A program made the position numbers and the translations under genes. DNA of 48,533 nucleotides from a virus (Duplodnaviria > Caudoviricetes): positions 1-48,533 of the IMG/VR virus record IMGVR_UViG_3300036778_000214. One strand, given 5' to 3'. The first letter of the stretch is position 1. Each line of letters opens with the position of its first letter. Under the pieces are notes generated by a model, which worked only from the letters and a program-made list of their open reading frames with translations, ran no database searches and was not told the DNA's origin. Below are positions 24,741 through 32,847 of this stretch, piece by piece.

Positions 24741-25109
24741 TCAGAACAAATCAAACTGCGGCGTGGCGTTGGGATCGTATTCTTCCACCGCGATACCCAA
24801 TTCCCGCCGGAACCAACGGGCAACAAGCTGACGGTGGCAGAACTCCCCCGGTAACTCATAACACAGTAGCACTGGCTCGACATTTCCCGTCAGCATGTGC
24901 AGCTCGTTCCATGTCCTTTCTGGGTTCAGTTTCGCCAGTATGTCGTGCTCATACAGTTCGATATAGCGGGAAGTTGAAACCGAGTTAAACCAGTTACCTG
25001 GTGCCAGTTTCCGAAACGTGTGATAACCCGCTGGGGTATTGCGCGGCGCGTACCGGGCGATGCTGATACGGCCTTCGCCTTTGTAGAGTGAAAAACATGA
25101 TGTTTTCAT
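24741..25109 (-). CDS. DUF488-family protein
   Basis: RISIAR..P...LAP...VLLCYE.PGEFCHRQLVARW signature. Confidence 0.78.
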   Translation of the reverse strand: MKTSCFSLYKGEGRISIARYAPRNTPAGYHTFRKLAPGNWFNSVSTSRYIELYEHDILAKLNPERTWNELHMLTGNVEPVLLCYELPGEFCHRQLVARWFRRELGIAVEEYDPNATPQFDLF

Positions 25110-25114
25110 CCGGA

Positions 25115-25309
25115 TTATGCCTCAACAATGAATGATTGCGGGAAACGGTAAACAAAACGACCACTTGGAAGTTGTTGGGTTCCCCAGAATGGTATGCCGC
25201 GTTGTTCACACGCACGTTGGGCATTTGCTTCAGTGGCATAGCTCGTTTTGCTTTGAAGTGAATAATCTTTGCCATCCATCCAACGTGTTGCTGCAAATTT
25301 GGTTTTCAT
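25115..25309 (-). CDS. Small hypothetical protein upstream of the DUF488 gene
   Basis: 64 aa, GAAGGT RBS. Confidence 0.55.
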   Translation of the reverse strand: MKTKFAATRWMDGKDYSLQSKTSYATEANAQRACEQRGIPFWGTQQLPSGRFVYRFPQSFIVEA

Positions 25310-25434
25310 ACTAAGCACCTTCCGTTAAGTGATTGTTTTGTCTATGTATATATCCTACCAAAATGGACCTCTAAGTACAGTTTTACGCACTGAAAAATCC
25401 TTTTAATTCATCGCGTTAGACCGAAAGGCACATT

Positions 25435-26712
25435 ATGTTCATAGGCTCAATACCTAAAAAACTCATCACCCAGATACTCGGCAACATCCACCTAAAACCC
25501 CGCGTTTACATCGGCTGTAGCGGCTCGTTCCGAACTGAGCACGCCATCAAAAATCTGATGCCCGATAAGCAGGTGTACGGCAATGACGTTTCGCTCCTGT
25601 CTTGCGCCGTCGGCAGTCTGCTGACAGACCAGAAAATCGATGTGGAATTTTCCGGCCGACTGGAACCTCTCAACCAACTGCGCGGTGATGCCGTGGCAAA
25701 CACCGCCGCAATTTGTCTCGCTATCACGCTGGCCCGGTTCAAGGGCAATAACCAGTATAGCCAGGCGCATTTTGCTCACATCATGCGGAATCTACCTGAG
25801 TTTTACCGCATTGAGCGGGAGAAGCTGCTGCGCTACACCGACGGATTCACGATTGACGGGTTCCATGCTGGTGACTTTCATCAACAAATTGACGCCGCCA
25901 GGGATAACGATGGCACGGTGATCATGTTCGCTCCGACGTATAAAGGCGGATACGAAAATATCTACAAATTTGTGAACACCAGCGTCAACTGGACCGCACC
26001 GGAGTACGGAATGTGGGATCCGGAAAACACTGAAGAGTTGATTCAGCGTCTACTGGCCGAACGACAGAATTTTGCCATCGTTTCTGACCGCCGCATGGAG
26101 AACGTGGAACCGCGCATCATGTTTGCCGGCAGCAACAAGCCGATTTATATGTATGCTAATGATGCCCGGTCATCACTTCGTCGCGAGCTGAAAAAGTCAC
26201 AGCCATTCAGATATCGCATAGTTGACTCCGATGCTATCACCGCAGAAAGCGTGGTCGAGATAACACTGCTCACATCGCAGCAACTCAATTTTCTGAAGAA
26301 TATCTACCTCGCGAAGGGCATCAATCACAAAGCAGGGATGATGAATTTCGCAGTGCTGGTGGACGGAATGCTGGTGGGCGCATTCATCTTCTCGATGGCG
26401 CAGTACGGTGACAAGATCCACAACATCTACATGCTGAGCGATTTTTCAACGTCACGACACCGCAAGCTGTCAAAGCTGGTGCCGATGCTGGCGACCAGTC
26501 GCAGCGTCATCGACCATGTGAACCGACAGTACATCATCGACATAAAGTCGGTCTACACCACTGCGTTCACGACGAAGCCGGTATCCATGAAATACCGCGG
26601 CATCTATCAGCTAGCGAAGCGCGGCGTGGGATTCCTGAATTATTCCTCGGTGGTACGCGAGCAGACGCCGCAGCAAATATTCGCAGAGTGGTATCGAAAA
26701 TATGCCAATTGA
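25435..26712 (+). CDS. Degenerate Dam-like methyltransferase fold fused to a GNAT/Mom-like C-terminal domain
   Basis: Alpha-class MTase motif order (MFIGS, VYIGCSGSF, YGNDVS, FHAGDF, VIMFAPTY where DPPY is expected); C-terminal FAVLVDGMLVGAF...YMLSDF...KLSKL...VYTTAF...SMKYRG. Confidence 0.6.
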   Translation: MFIGSIPKKLITQILGNIHLKPRVYIGCSGSFRTEHAIKNLMPDKQVYGNDVSLLSCAVGSLLTDQKIDVEFSGRLEPLNQLRGDAVANTAAICLAITLARFKGNNQYSQAHFAHIMRNLPEFYRIEREKLLRYTDGFTIDGFHAGDFHQQIDAARDNDGTVIMFAPTYKGGYENIYKFVNTSVNWTAPEYGMWDPENTEELIQRLLAERQNFAIVSDRRMENVEPRIMFAGSNKPIYMYANDARSSLRRELKKSQPFRYRIVDSDAITAESVVEITLLTSQQLNFLKNIYLAKGINHKAGMMNFAVLVDGMLVGAFIFSMAQYGDKIHNIYMLSDFSTSRHRKLSKLVPMLATSRSVIDHVNRQYIIDIKSVYTTAFTTKPVSMKYRGIYQLAKRGVGFLNYSSVVREQTPQQIFAEWYRKYAN

Positions 26713-27415
26713 AACAGTAATCCGGCGCGTCATTCTTACGGAACTGAAACTGCTAGAAAAAAATGCCCATTACATGGAACCTGGTGAATTTGACCTGCTG
26801 GTGGCGAACATCAAACGGGATGGCGTGATGACCAGCCTCCCGGTCGTTTACCGTGACATTGTGCTCTCAGGGAATCACAGGATGCAGGCGGCAATGAAAG
26901 CCGGGCTGGTGGAAATCGACGTCATCGACATTCTGACCGAACTGACACCCGACGAGCAGATGGCAATTCAGCTCAGCCACAACGCGATCAAGGGAAAGGA
27001 TGACAGCAACGTCCTCCGGGAACTGTACGCATCCATACAGAGCCTCGACCTGAAAATTTACACTGGCCTGACCGACGACGATTTCAAAATCACTGACGTT
27101 GAGGTACAGACACTCTCATTTGCTCAGCCTGCCTACGAAGACCTGGTGATCGCATTCCTTCCGGAAGAGCGGGCGCTGTTCATCGAGGCGCTGGAAAAAA
27201 TAGGGAAGAAGGCGAAAGACCGCCTGATTGTTGCCGGACGCGCCAGCGACTTCGATGCCGTTTTCAACGCCGTCATACAGACCAAAAGCAAGCTGAACAT
27301 CATCAACACAGCCGAAGCACTGAAGACACTCGCAGAACTGGCGCTTCAGAAGCTGGAGGAAACACCCGATGACGCAGCGGATCCTTTACGACAAAGCGAA
27401 AATAGCGAAGGTTGA
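26702..27415 (+). CDS. ParB/Srx N-terminal-domain protein
   Basis: LKLLEKNAHYM...LVANIKRDG...VLSGNHRMQAA...IQLSHN. Confidence 0.85.
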   Translation: MPIETVIRRVILTELKLLEKNAHYMEPGEFDLLVANIKRDGVMTSLPVVYRDIVLSGNHRMQAAMKAGLVEIDVIDILTELTPDEQMAIQLSHNAIKGKDDSNVLRELYASIQSLDLKIYTGLTDDDFKITDVEVQTLSFAQPAYEDLVIAFLPEERALFIEALEKIGKKAKDRLIVAGRASDFDAVFNAVIQTKSKLNIINTAEALKTLAELALQKLEETPDDAADPLRQSENSEG

Positions 27416-27650
27416 AGCACTTGCAGCTACACGGTTAAGTGCGCAGCAAATCGCGGATGTATTAGATATCGACTTTGACGAACTGATAAAGGATCAAGAC
27501 CAACTAATGGAGTTTTTTGGCTCAATTAGAAAAGGGCGGGCGAAAGGTGAAGCTGAATTGAGAACTGCATTGTTCAAACTGGCAAGAGAAGGTGATGCGT
27601 TTGCACTCCGGGAGCTATTGAAGGTGGAGAAGAACCAGGACATTAACTGA
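27369..27650 (+). CDS. Small HTH protein resembling minimal terminase small subunits
   Basis: KVEALAA.RLSAQQIADVLDI...IRKGRAKGEAELRTALFKLA.EGD. Confidence 0.6.
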   Translation: MTQRILYDKAKIAKVEALAATRLSAQQIADVLDIDFDELIKDQDQLMEFFGSIRKGRAKGEAELRTALFKLAREGDAFALRELLKVEKNQDIN

Positions 27651-28630
27651 TGAGTAAACCGGACGAGAGCGCACTCAAAAGAGATTACTGTGCCGGGGTG
27701 CTCTCGATCCAGAAGGTCGCTGACAAGCACTCTGTAGCCAAGTCCACGCTATCGGACATGGCTAAAAAATTTGGATGGCAACGTCCAAAAAAGCCGTCCA
27801 AAAATTCCGTCCAAAACACAAGCGGACGGTCGGACGGACGGATGGACGGACGAGAGATAAGCCGCCAAAAAAATTCTGAAAAAATACCGAGCACTTTATC
27901 AATCGCTGGCAGCACATTCGATCCCGCTGAATTCGGGATTTCCGAACAGCTTGGATTGTTTGCTGAGTACGTCGCGGCTGGAAAGAAATTGACTGAAGCT
28001 TATCGCCTCGCTGGCTACAAAGGCGAAGGAGGAACGGCCAATTCAAACGCCAGTAGGATGCTGAGAAATGCCAGGGTTTCACGCGCCGTCCGATGGCTTC
28101 GTGACCGACGACAGCAACGGCTTGCGTTGACTGAGACTGAAATTATCCATCAGCTTTCTTCTATTGCATCAATGGATCCTAATGACATCTCTCAATTACG
28201 ACGAGTGAATTGCCGATATTGCTGGGGGGATGACCATCATTATCAATGGCGCGACATTGATGAGCATCAGAAGGCTTGCAAGATCGCACTGAAGGACGAG
28301 AAGCCACCACCAGGGATGGCAGGGGGCATTGGTTTTGTTGAATCGGCTGTTCCGAATGAGGATTGCCCGAGGTGTGGTGGTGAAGGCACGATGCAAACTT
28401 TCTGGGCAGATACCACCATGCTAGATGGCCCGGCCCGCTGGGGGTATCTGGGAGTGAAAGAAACAATGAATGGGCTTGAGATTAAAATGGCAAGTCCTGA
28501 AGCCGCCCGCCGTGAACTGTTACGCCTGCTGCTGGCATCAAAGCAGAATACGCCCCCGCTTGATACCAGCATGAATATCGACGAGTTCAGGCAGGCCAGA
28601 AAGGAGATGCTCGACGATGATGACTGCTGA
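27650..28630 (+). CDS. terS: Terminase small subunit
   Basis: N-terminal HTH; TEAYRLAGY...NASRMLRN; CRYCWG / CPRCGGEG; directly upstream of terL. Confidence 0.85.
   Translation: MSKPDESALKRDYCAGVLSIQKVADKHSVAKSTLSDMAKKFGWQRPKKPSKNSVQNTSGRSDGRMDGREISRQKNSEKIPSTLSIAGSTFDPAEFGISEQLGLFAEYVAAGKKLTEAYRLAGYKGEGGTANSNASRMLRNARVSRAVRWLRDRRQQRLALTETEIIHQLSSIASMDPNDISQLRRVNCRYCWGDDHHYQWRDIDEHQKACKIALKDEKPPPGMAGGIGFVESAVPNEDCPRCGGEGTMQTFWADTTMLDGPARWGYLGVKETMNGLEIKMASPEAARRELLRLLLASKQNTPPLDTSMNIDEFRQARKEMLDDDDC
27782..27852. repeat. CGTCC/GGACG repeat cluster in terS (candidate pac region)
   Basis: Three cgtccaaaa followed by five ggacg in the opposite orientation. Confidence 0.45.
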
Positions 28631-30080
28631 GCAAAAATCTTTTGCTCGCAGGGTGGAGTGCGAAGAGGACCGGATGTACTTTGCCCGGTATTTCTTCAAG
28701 CAGCGGATGGGGAGCAAGATGCTTGTTGCCCCGCACCATCAGGTTATCAGCGACACCCTGCACCGAGTAATCGATGGTGAAATTACTCGTCTCGTAATCA
28801 ACGTCCCGCCGGGGTATACAAAAACAGAGCTGGCGACAATCAACCTGATCGCCCACGGCATCGCAATAAACAATCGCGCCCGATTTCTGCACCTGTCCTA
28901 TTCGCACAATCTGGCATTGCTGAACTCGTCCACCGCGCGCGGCATCATTAAATCACCAGACTTTCAGTCAATGTGGCCGATGGCGCTGCGTGAGGATGCC
29001 GATAGTAAAGCTATGTGGTGGACGCAATACGGTGGCGGCGTGTATGCATCATCCGCTGCCGGGCAGGTTACCGGGTTTCGTGCTGGTCATATGGAGCCGG
29101 GTTGGCAAGGTGCGTTGATTCTTGACGACCCGGTTAAGCCCGATGACGCATACAGTGAGACTGTTCGTGATGGTGTGAACAATCGCTTCAACGAGACAAT
29201 AAAATCCCGCCTGGCGCTTGAGTCGACGCCGATGATCGTCATCATGCAGCGTATCCACTATCACGATTTAAGTGGATATCTTCTGCGCGGTGGCTCTGGC
29301 GAAAAATGGCATCACCTGAATCTGCCGGTGATCATCGACAACAGTGTGCCGTATTCCGAGGTCTACCCGGAAAACACTCACTCAATTCCTGTTGATCATG
29401 GCCTGCCTGATGGCTGGCTATGGCCTCTGAAGCACAACGAATCACACCGAACAGCTCTGTTCTCACATCGGCGAACAGCAGAAGCGCAGTACATGCAGAA
29501 CCCTCGTCGTTTCAATGCAGAGGGAGCATTGTGGACGGAAGAGATGATCGCCGCCGCCCGCGCAATGAAAATTACGCAGGAGTTGTCCCGGACGGTCGTT
29601 GGTATAGACCCGCAAGGGACAAACAGTGAAGAGAGCGACGAAACAGGAATTGTGGTCGCAAGCGCATACGGAAGCGGAGACGAAAAGCAATTCACAGCCG
29701 ATGCTGACTACAGCGGCAAATACTCACCGAATGGCTGGGCTACACGTTCAATGGATGCATACAAAATCCATGATGCTGACGCGATCATTATCGAGACAAA
29801 CCAGGGCGGCGATATGGCAGAGGACACGCTGCGTAACGCCGGGTTCAAGGATCGCATCATTCGTGTACATGCAAGCAAAGGTAAATTTGCCAGAGCAGAA
29901 CCCATATCAGCGCTATACGCACAAGGACGCGTAGCGCATCGAGGCAGTCTCTATTATCTGGAAAATCAGATGATGGAGTATGTGCCGGTCACCGCCAAAA
30001 AATCACCTGATCGACTGGATGCAATGGTCTGGGCTATGTCCGAACTAAGCGGCCTGGTCAACGGCGCCTTCTACTTCTGA
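28617..30080 (+). CDS. terL: Terminase large subunit
   Basis: Walker A-like INVPPGYTKT, Walker B LILDDP, nuclease domain VGIDP...DRLDA. Confidence 0.95.
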   Translation: MMTAEQKSFARRVECEEDRMYFARYFFKQRMGSKMLVAPHHQVISDTLHRVIDGEITRLVINVPPGYTKTELATINLIAHGIAINNRARFLHLSYSHNLALLNSSTARGIIKSPDFQSMWPMALREDADSKAMWWTQYGGGVYASSAAGQVTGFRAGHMEPGWQGALILDDPVKPDDAYSETVRDGVNNRFNETIKSRLALESTPMIVIMQRIHYHDLSGYLLRGGSGEKWHHLNLPVIIDNSVPYSEVYPENTHSIPVDHGLPDGWLWPLKHNESHRTALFSHRRTAEAQYMQNPRRFNAEGALWTEEMIAAARAMKITQELSRTVVGIDPQGTNSEESDETGIVVASAYGSGDEKQFTADADYSGKYSPNGWATRSMDAYKIHDADAIIIETNQGGDMAEDTLRNAGFKDRIIRVHASKGKFARAEPISALYAQGRVAHRGSLYYLENQMMEYVPVTAKKSPDRLDAMVWAMSELSGLVNGAFYF

Positions 30081-30089
30081 GGAAACTCC

Positions 30090-31586
30090 GTGAATGAGAA
30101 CGACACCCGCCTGGTAATGGCTGTCAATCAGCTTACCGGGCAGATTCGGCGTGCAAATTACCTTGGGCATTTTTCGCCATATAACGCCAATACCAAACGA
30201 CCCACGATGTACCAGGAGTTCGGCTACCCAGAAGAAATAACCTTTCAGGATTATTACAATATCTACAGCCGCAACGCAGCGGCATTTGCTGGTGTGCATC
30301 GACTTCTGGATGGCTGCTGGCAGGACATTCCCGACATAGTTGACGGCGACGACGAAAAAAAAATGAAGGAATCGACACCGTGGGAAAAGTCGACAAACAA
30401 ATTCATGAAGCGTCTTTGGCCTGCAATCAAAGAAACCGACCGCCGAAATATGATTGGGCACTACTCCGCTGTACTGATACAGCTTAGGGATAGCGGGAAA
30501 TGGGAAGAGGAAATTAACAAAGCAACGGTGAAAAGTGTTGGAGATAAAGCGCTCGTCAGGCTGATCCCAGTATGGGAACCGCAGCTCACGGTTGCAGAGT
30601 GGGAAGAGGACATTAATTCCGAAGAATATGGCCTGCCTAAAATGTACAACTTCAACCAACAGCCTGTTGGCGGCATGGCGTTTCAGGGGCCGGTCAAGCC
30701 AACGAAAATACATCCCTCACGCGTTGTTATTTTCAGTGAAGGTTCAGTCGATGGGGATCCGCTGGCGGGTATACCGCTGCTTAAAGCTGGTTTTAACAAA
30801 TTGCTGGACCTTGAGAAAATCAGTGGCGGCGGTGCCGAGGGGTTCCTGAAAAATGCAAGCCGTCAGATGGTTGCTGAGTTCGACGACAAAGCCAGCATGG
30901 AAGCCATTGAGGCGCTAGCGGTAAAGGCTGGCTATAAAAACCTTGGCGATGCTATGGGGGCGAAATTCGACAAAATGAACAGGGGAACGGATTCCGCCGC
31001 GGTAATGCAGGGCGGGAAAATAAGTGTCTTGTCCGTAGCCCCCGGAGATCCACAACCGACATGGACTGTTACAGCTAACGAATATGCTTCCTCACTACTC
31101 ATCCCTTTTACAATGATGTTTGGGCAACAAACCGGACGTCTGGCGAGCGATGAAGATAAAAGTGATTGGGCGATCCGTAGAAATCAGAGGCGAGGCACTT
31201 TCCTGAGTGAGCAAATCACCGAGCTACTGAATCGATTCTGGGCCATCGGCCTGATGGAGCCGCCTAAAAACGGAGAAGTGACGATTTCATGGGCTGACTT
31301 GTTGGCTCCGAGCGAAAAAGACAAAATTGAAAACATGGGGAAAATGGCTGATGTCGCCGTGAAAACCCAGCAAGCTTTTGGGCAGTCGTCTATTGAACCA
31401 AATGAGGTTCGCGACGTTGGGGAATTGGAGCCATTGCCTGACGCTGAAAATATCCGTGACAGACCAACGGAAGCCGAAGCGGGGAACCCTCTAAATGGTG
31501 ATGAAAACAGCAAAGATGCCGGTAATTCCGGTAAACAAAAAGGATCCGACGCAGAGCAGTCGGGCCGTCAACAGGATGCGGCGTGA
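30090..31586 (+). CDS. Portal protein (DUF1073-type)
   Basis: Position after terL; YQEFGYP, GGAEGFLKNA and FGQQTGRLASDED motifs. Confidence 0.88.
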   Translation: MNENDTRLVMAVNQLTGQIRRANYLGHFSPYNANTKRPTMYQEFGYPEEITFQDYYNIYSRNAAAFAGVHRLLDGCWQDIPDIVDGDDEKKMKESTPWEKSTNKFMKRLWPAIKETDRRNMIGHYSAVLIQLRDSGKWEEEINKATVKSVGDKALVRLIPVWEPQLTVAEWEEDINSEEYGLPKMYNFNQQPVGGMAFQGPVKPTKIHPSRVVIFSEGSVDGDPLAGIPLLKAGFNKLLDLEKISGGGAEGFLKNASRQMVAEFDDKASMEAIEALAVKAGYKNLGDAMGAKFDKMNRGTDSAAVMQGGKISVLSVAPGDPQPTWTVTANEYASSLLIPFTMMFGQQTGRLASDEDKSDWAIRRNQRRGTFLSEQITELLNRFWAIGLMEPPKNGEVTISWADLLAPSEKDKIENMGKMADVAVKTQQAFGQSSIEPNEVRDVGELEPLPDAENIRDRPTEAEAGNPLNGDENSKDAGNSGKQKGSDAEQSGRQQDAA

Positions 31587-32478
31587 TATAGCCGAACGCT
31601 ACTACGGTATTAAAAAAGACCTGTCTGATTTCATCATTCCTCAACTGGTGGGCATGGCTTCGGCAATGAACGCTCAGCGCGGTGCCATAGTGTGTAACAA
31701 CGAAGATAATGATCCGTCGCTATATTGGGTTACTGTCAATGCGTACACCTATGAACTGGATGCATTAAAGCTCGCGCTTCTTTTGCAACGTACTCAGGAA
31801 ATTCTCGATGACTGGCTCTTGGAGGGGGGGCCTGAGCATGTCTGGGCCGGGGAGTATGTTGAGGAGGAATACCGACGGGGAACTCAGTATCAACATACAA
31901 ATCTGGCAGCGCAGTCGACGCCCTATGCAGAAGAAACCACGCTGTCACAGTTGTTGTTCAGCCAGCCATACCAGCGACGAATCGGAATTGCGTACGGTCA
32001 AACGTACAGTGGCTGGAGAGGGCTTTCTGACTCGACACGAACTGACCTGGCCAACGTCATATCTGATGCGGTAGTTCGGGGTATAAATCCGCGTGAAACG
32101 GCGAAAATCATCTCTGACCGTCTCGATGTTTCGATGAGTCGCGCCGAAAACATGGCTCAGACTGAGCAAGTTGGGGCGTATCGCAAGGCCATCTGGGATG
32201 AAGATGAGGACGTTAACCAGCGGCTCGGTATCAGAACACTACTACTTTGGTTGTCGGCACTGAAGCCAACAACACGCAGAACGCATGGCATGCGACATGG
32301 AAACACTTACACCCGACAAGCAGTCATGGATTTTTACGCAACGGGAGGGAATCGCTACCGATGCTACTGCAGCCAACTTTCGGTGCTGGTGGATGAGAAT
32401 GGAACCGTTCTGAATCCGGCGTTGATAAAACGCATGATCAAGCAGCGAAAAGAGTGGGGGGAAGCCGGGACTGCGTAG
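31495..32478 (+). CDS. Minor head protein (SPP1 gp7/Mu F-like)
   Basis: GINPRETAK...AQTEQ...WLSALKPTTRRTH..RHG...RYRCYCS. Confidence 0.85.
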   Translation: MVMKTAKMPVIPVNKKDPTQSSRAVNRMRRDIAERYYGIKKDLSDFIIPQLVGMASAMNAQRGAIVCNNEDNDPSLYWVTVNAYTYELDALKLALLLQRTQEILDDWLLEGGPEHVWAGEYVEEEYRRGTQYQHTNLAAQSTPYAEETTLSQLLFSQPYQRRIGIAYGQTYSGWRGLSDSTRTDLANVISDAVVRGINPRETAKIISDRLDVSMSRAENMAQTEQVGAYRKAIWDEDEDVNQRLGIRTLLLWLSALKPTTRRTHGMRHGNTYTRQAVMDFYATGGNRYRCYCSQLSVLVDENGTVLNPALIKRMIKQRKEWGEAGTA

Positions 32479-32490
32479 GGAATTTTATAT

Positions 32491-32615
32491 TTGCGGTGTA
32501 ACTCAATCGGTAGAGTTGTGCATCAACGCGGCTCTGAAATTTCTGGTCGTGCTCGGTACGGCATGATGCTAATGCCTGACGAGAGTGTCGGTTCGAGTCC
32601 GGCAGCCGCAACCCA
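32491..32615 (+). ncRNA. tRNA-like RNA (125 nt) with non-canonical enlarged core
   Basis: Acceptor ttgcggt/gccgcaa + C-CCA; D arm actc-aatcggta-gagt; T arm gtcgg-ttcgagt-ccggc; about 70 nt between the D and T arms. Confidence 0.7.
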
Positions 32616-32621
32616 TTACTG

Positions 32622-32646
32622 ACCCAGCCATTGAGCTGGGTTTTTT
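32622..32646 (+). terminator. Intrinsic terminator after the tRNA-like RNA
   Basis: acccagc-cattga-gctgggt followed by a T run. Confidence 0.75.
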
Positions 32647-32677
32647 ATTGTCCGAAATCCACCAATGAGGACGCAAC

Positions 32678-32836
32678 GTGACCGAATATTGGTGCTGTGC
32701 ATGCGGAAAGGTCATCCGCTTCGATTATGTTACGCCCCTGAATTACATCCCAAGGCATTGCCGGACCCTGATGCTTAGAAAGGTGGAAACCTTTTCACCA
32801 GCTAAAGGCCCCAAGATTCCACCCATGAAACGATAA
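32678..32836 (+). CDS. 52-aa Cys-rich protein (not in ORF track)
   Basis: GAGG RBS and GTG start; MTEYWCCACGKVIRFDY...PRHCRTLMLRKVE... Confidence 0.6.
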   Translation: MTEYWCCACGKVIRFDYVTPLNYIPRHCRTLMLRKVETFSPAKGPKIPPMKR

Positions 32837-32847
32837 GAGGACCAAGC

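Noticed and set aside
25330-25400. Possible LexA box upstream of the DUF488/modification cassette
   Set aside because: ctatgtatatatcc lacks the CTG-N10-CAG ends
32491-32615. Functional canonical tRNA (Ala-TGC or Phe-GAA) or intron-containing tRNA
   Set aside because: No anticodon arm in canonical position with U33, and the extra sequence is too short for a self-splicing intron
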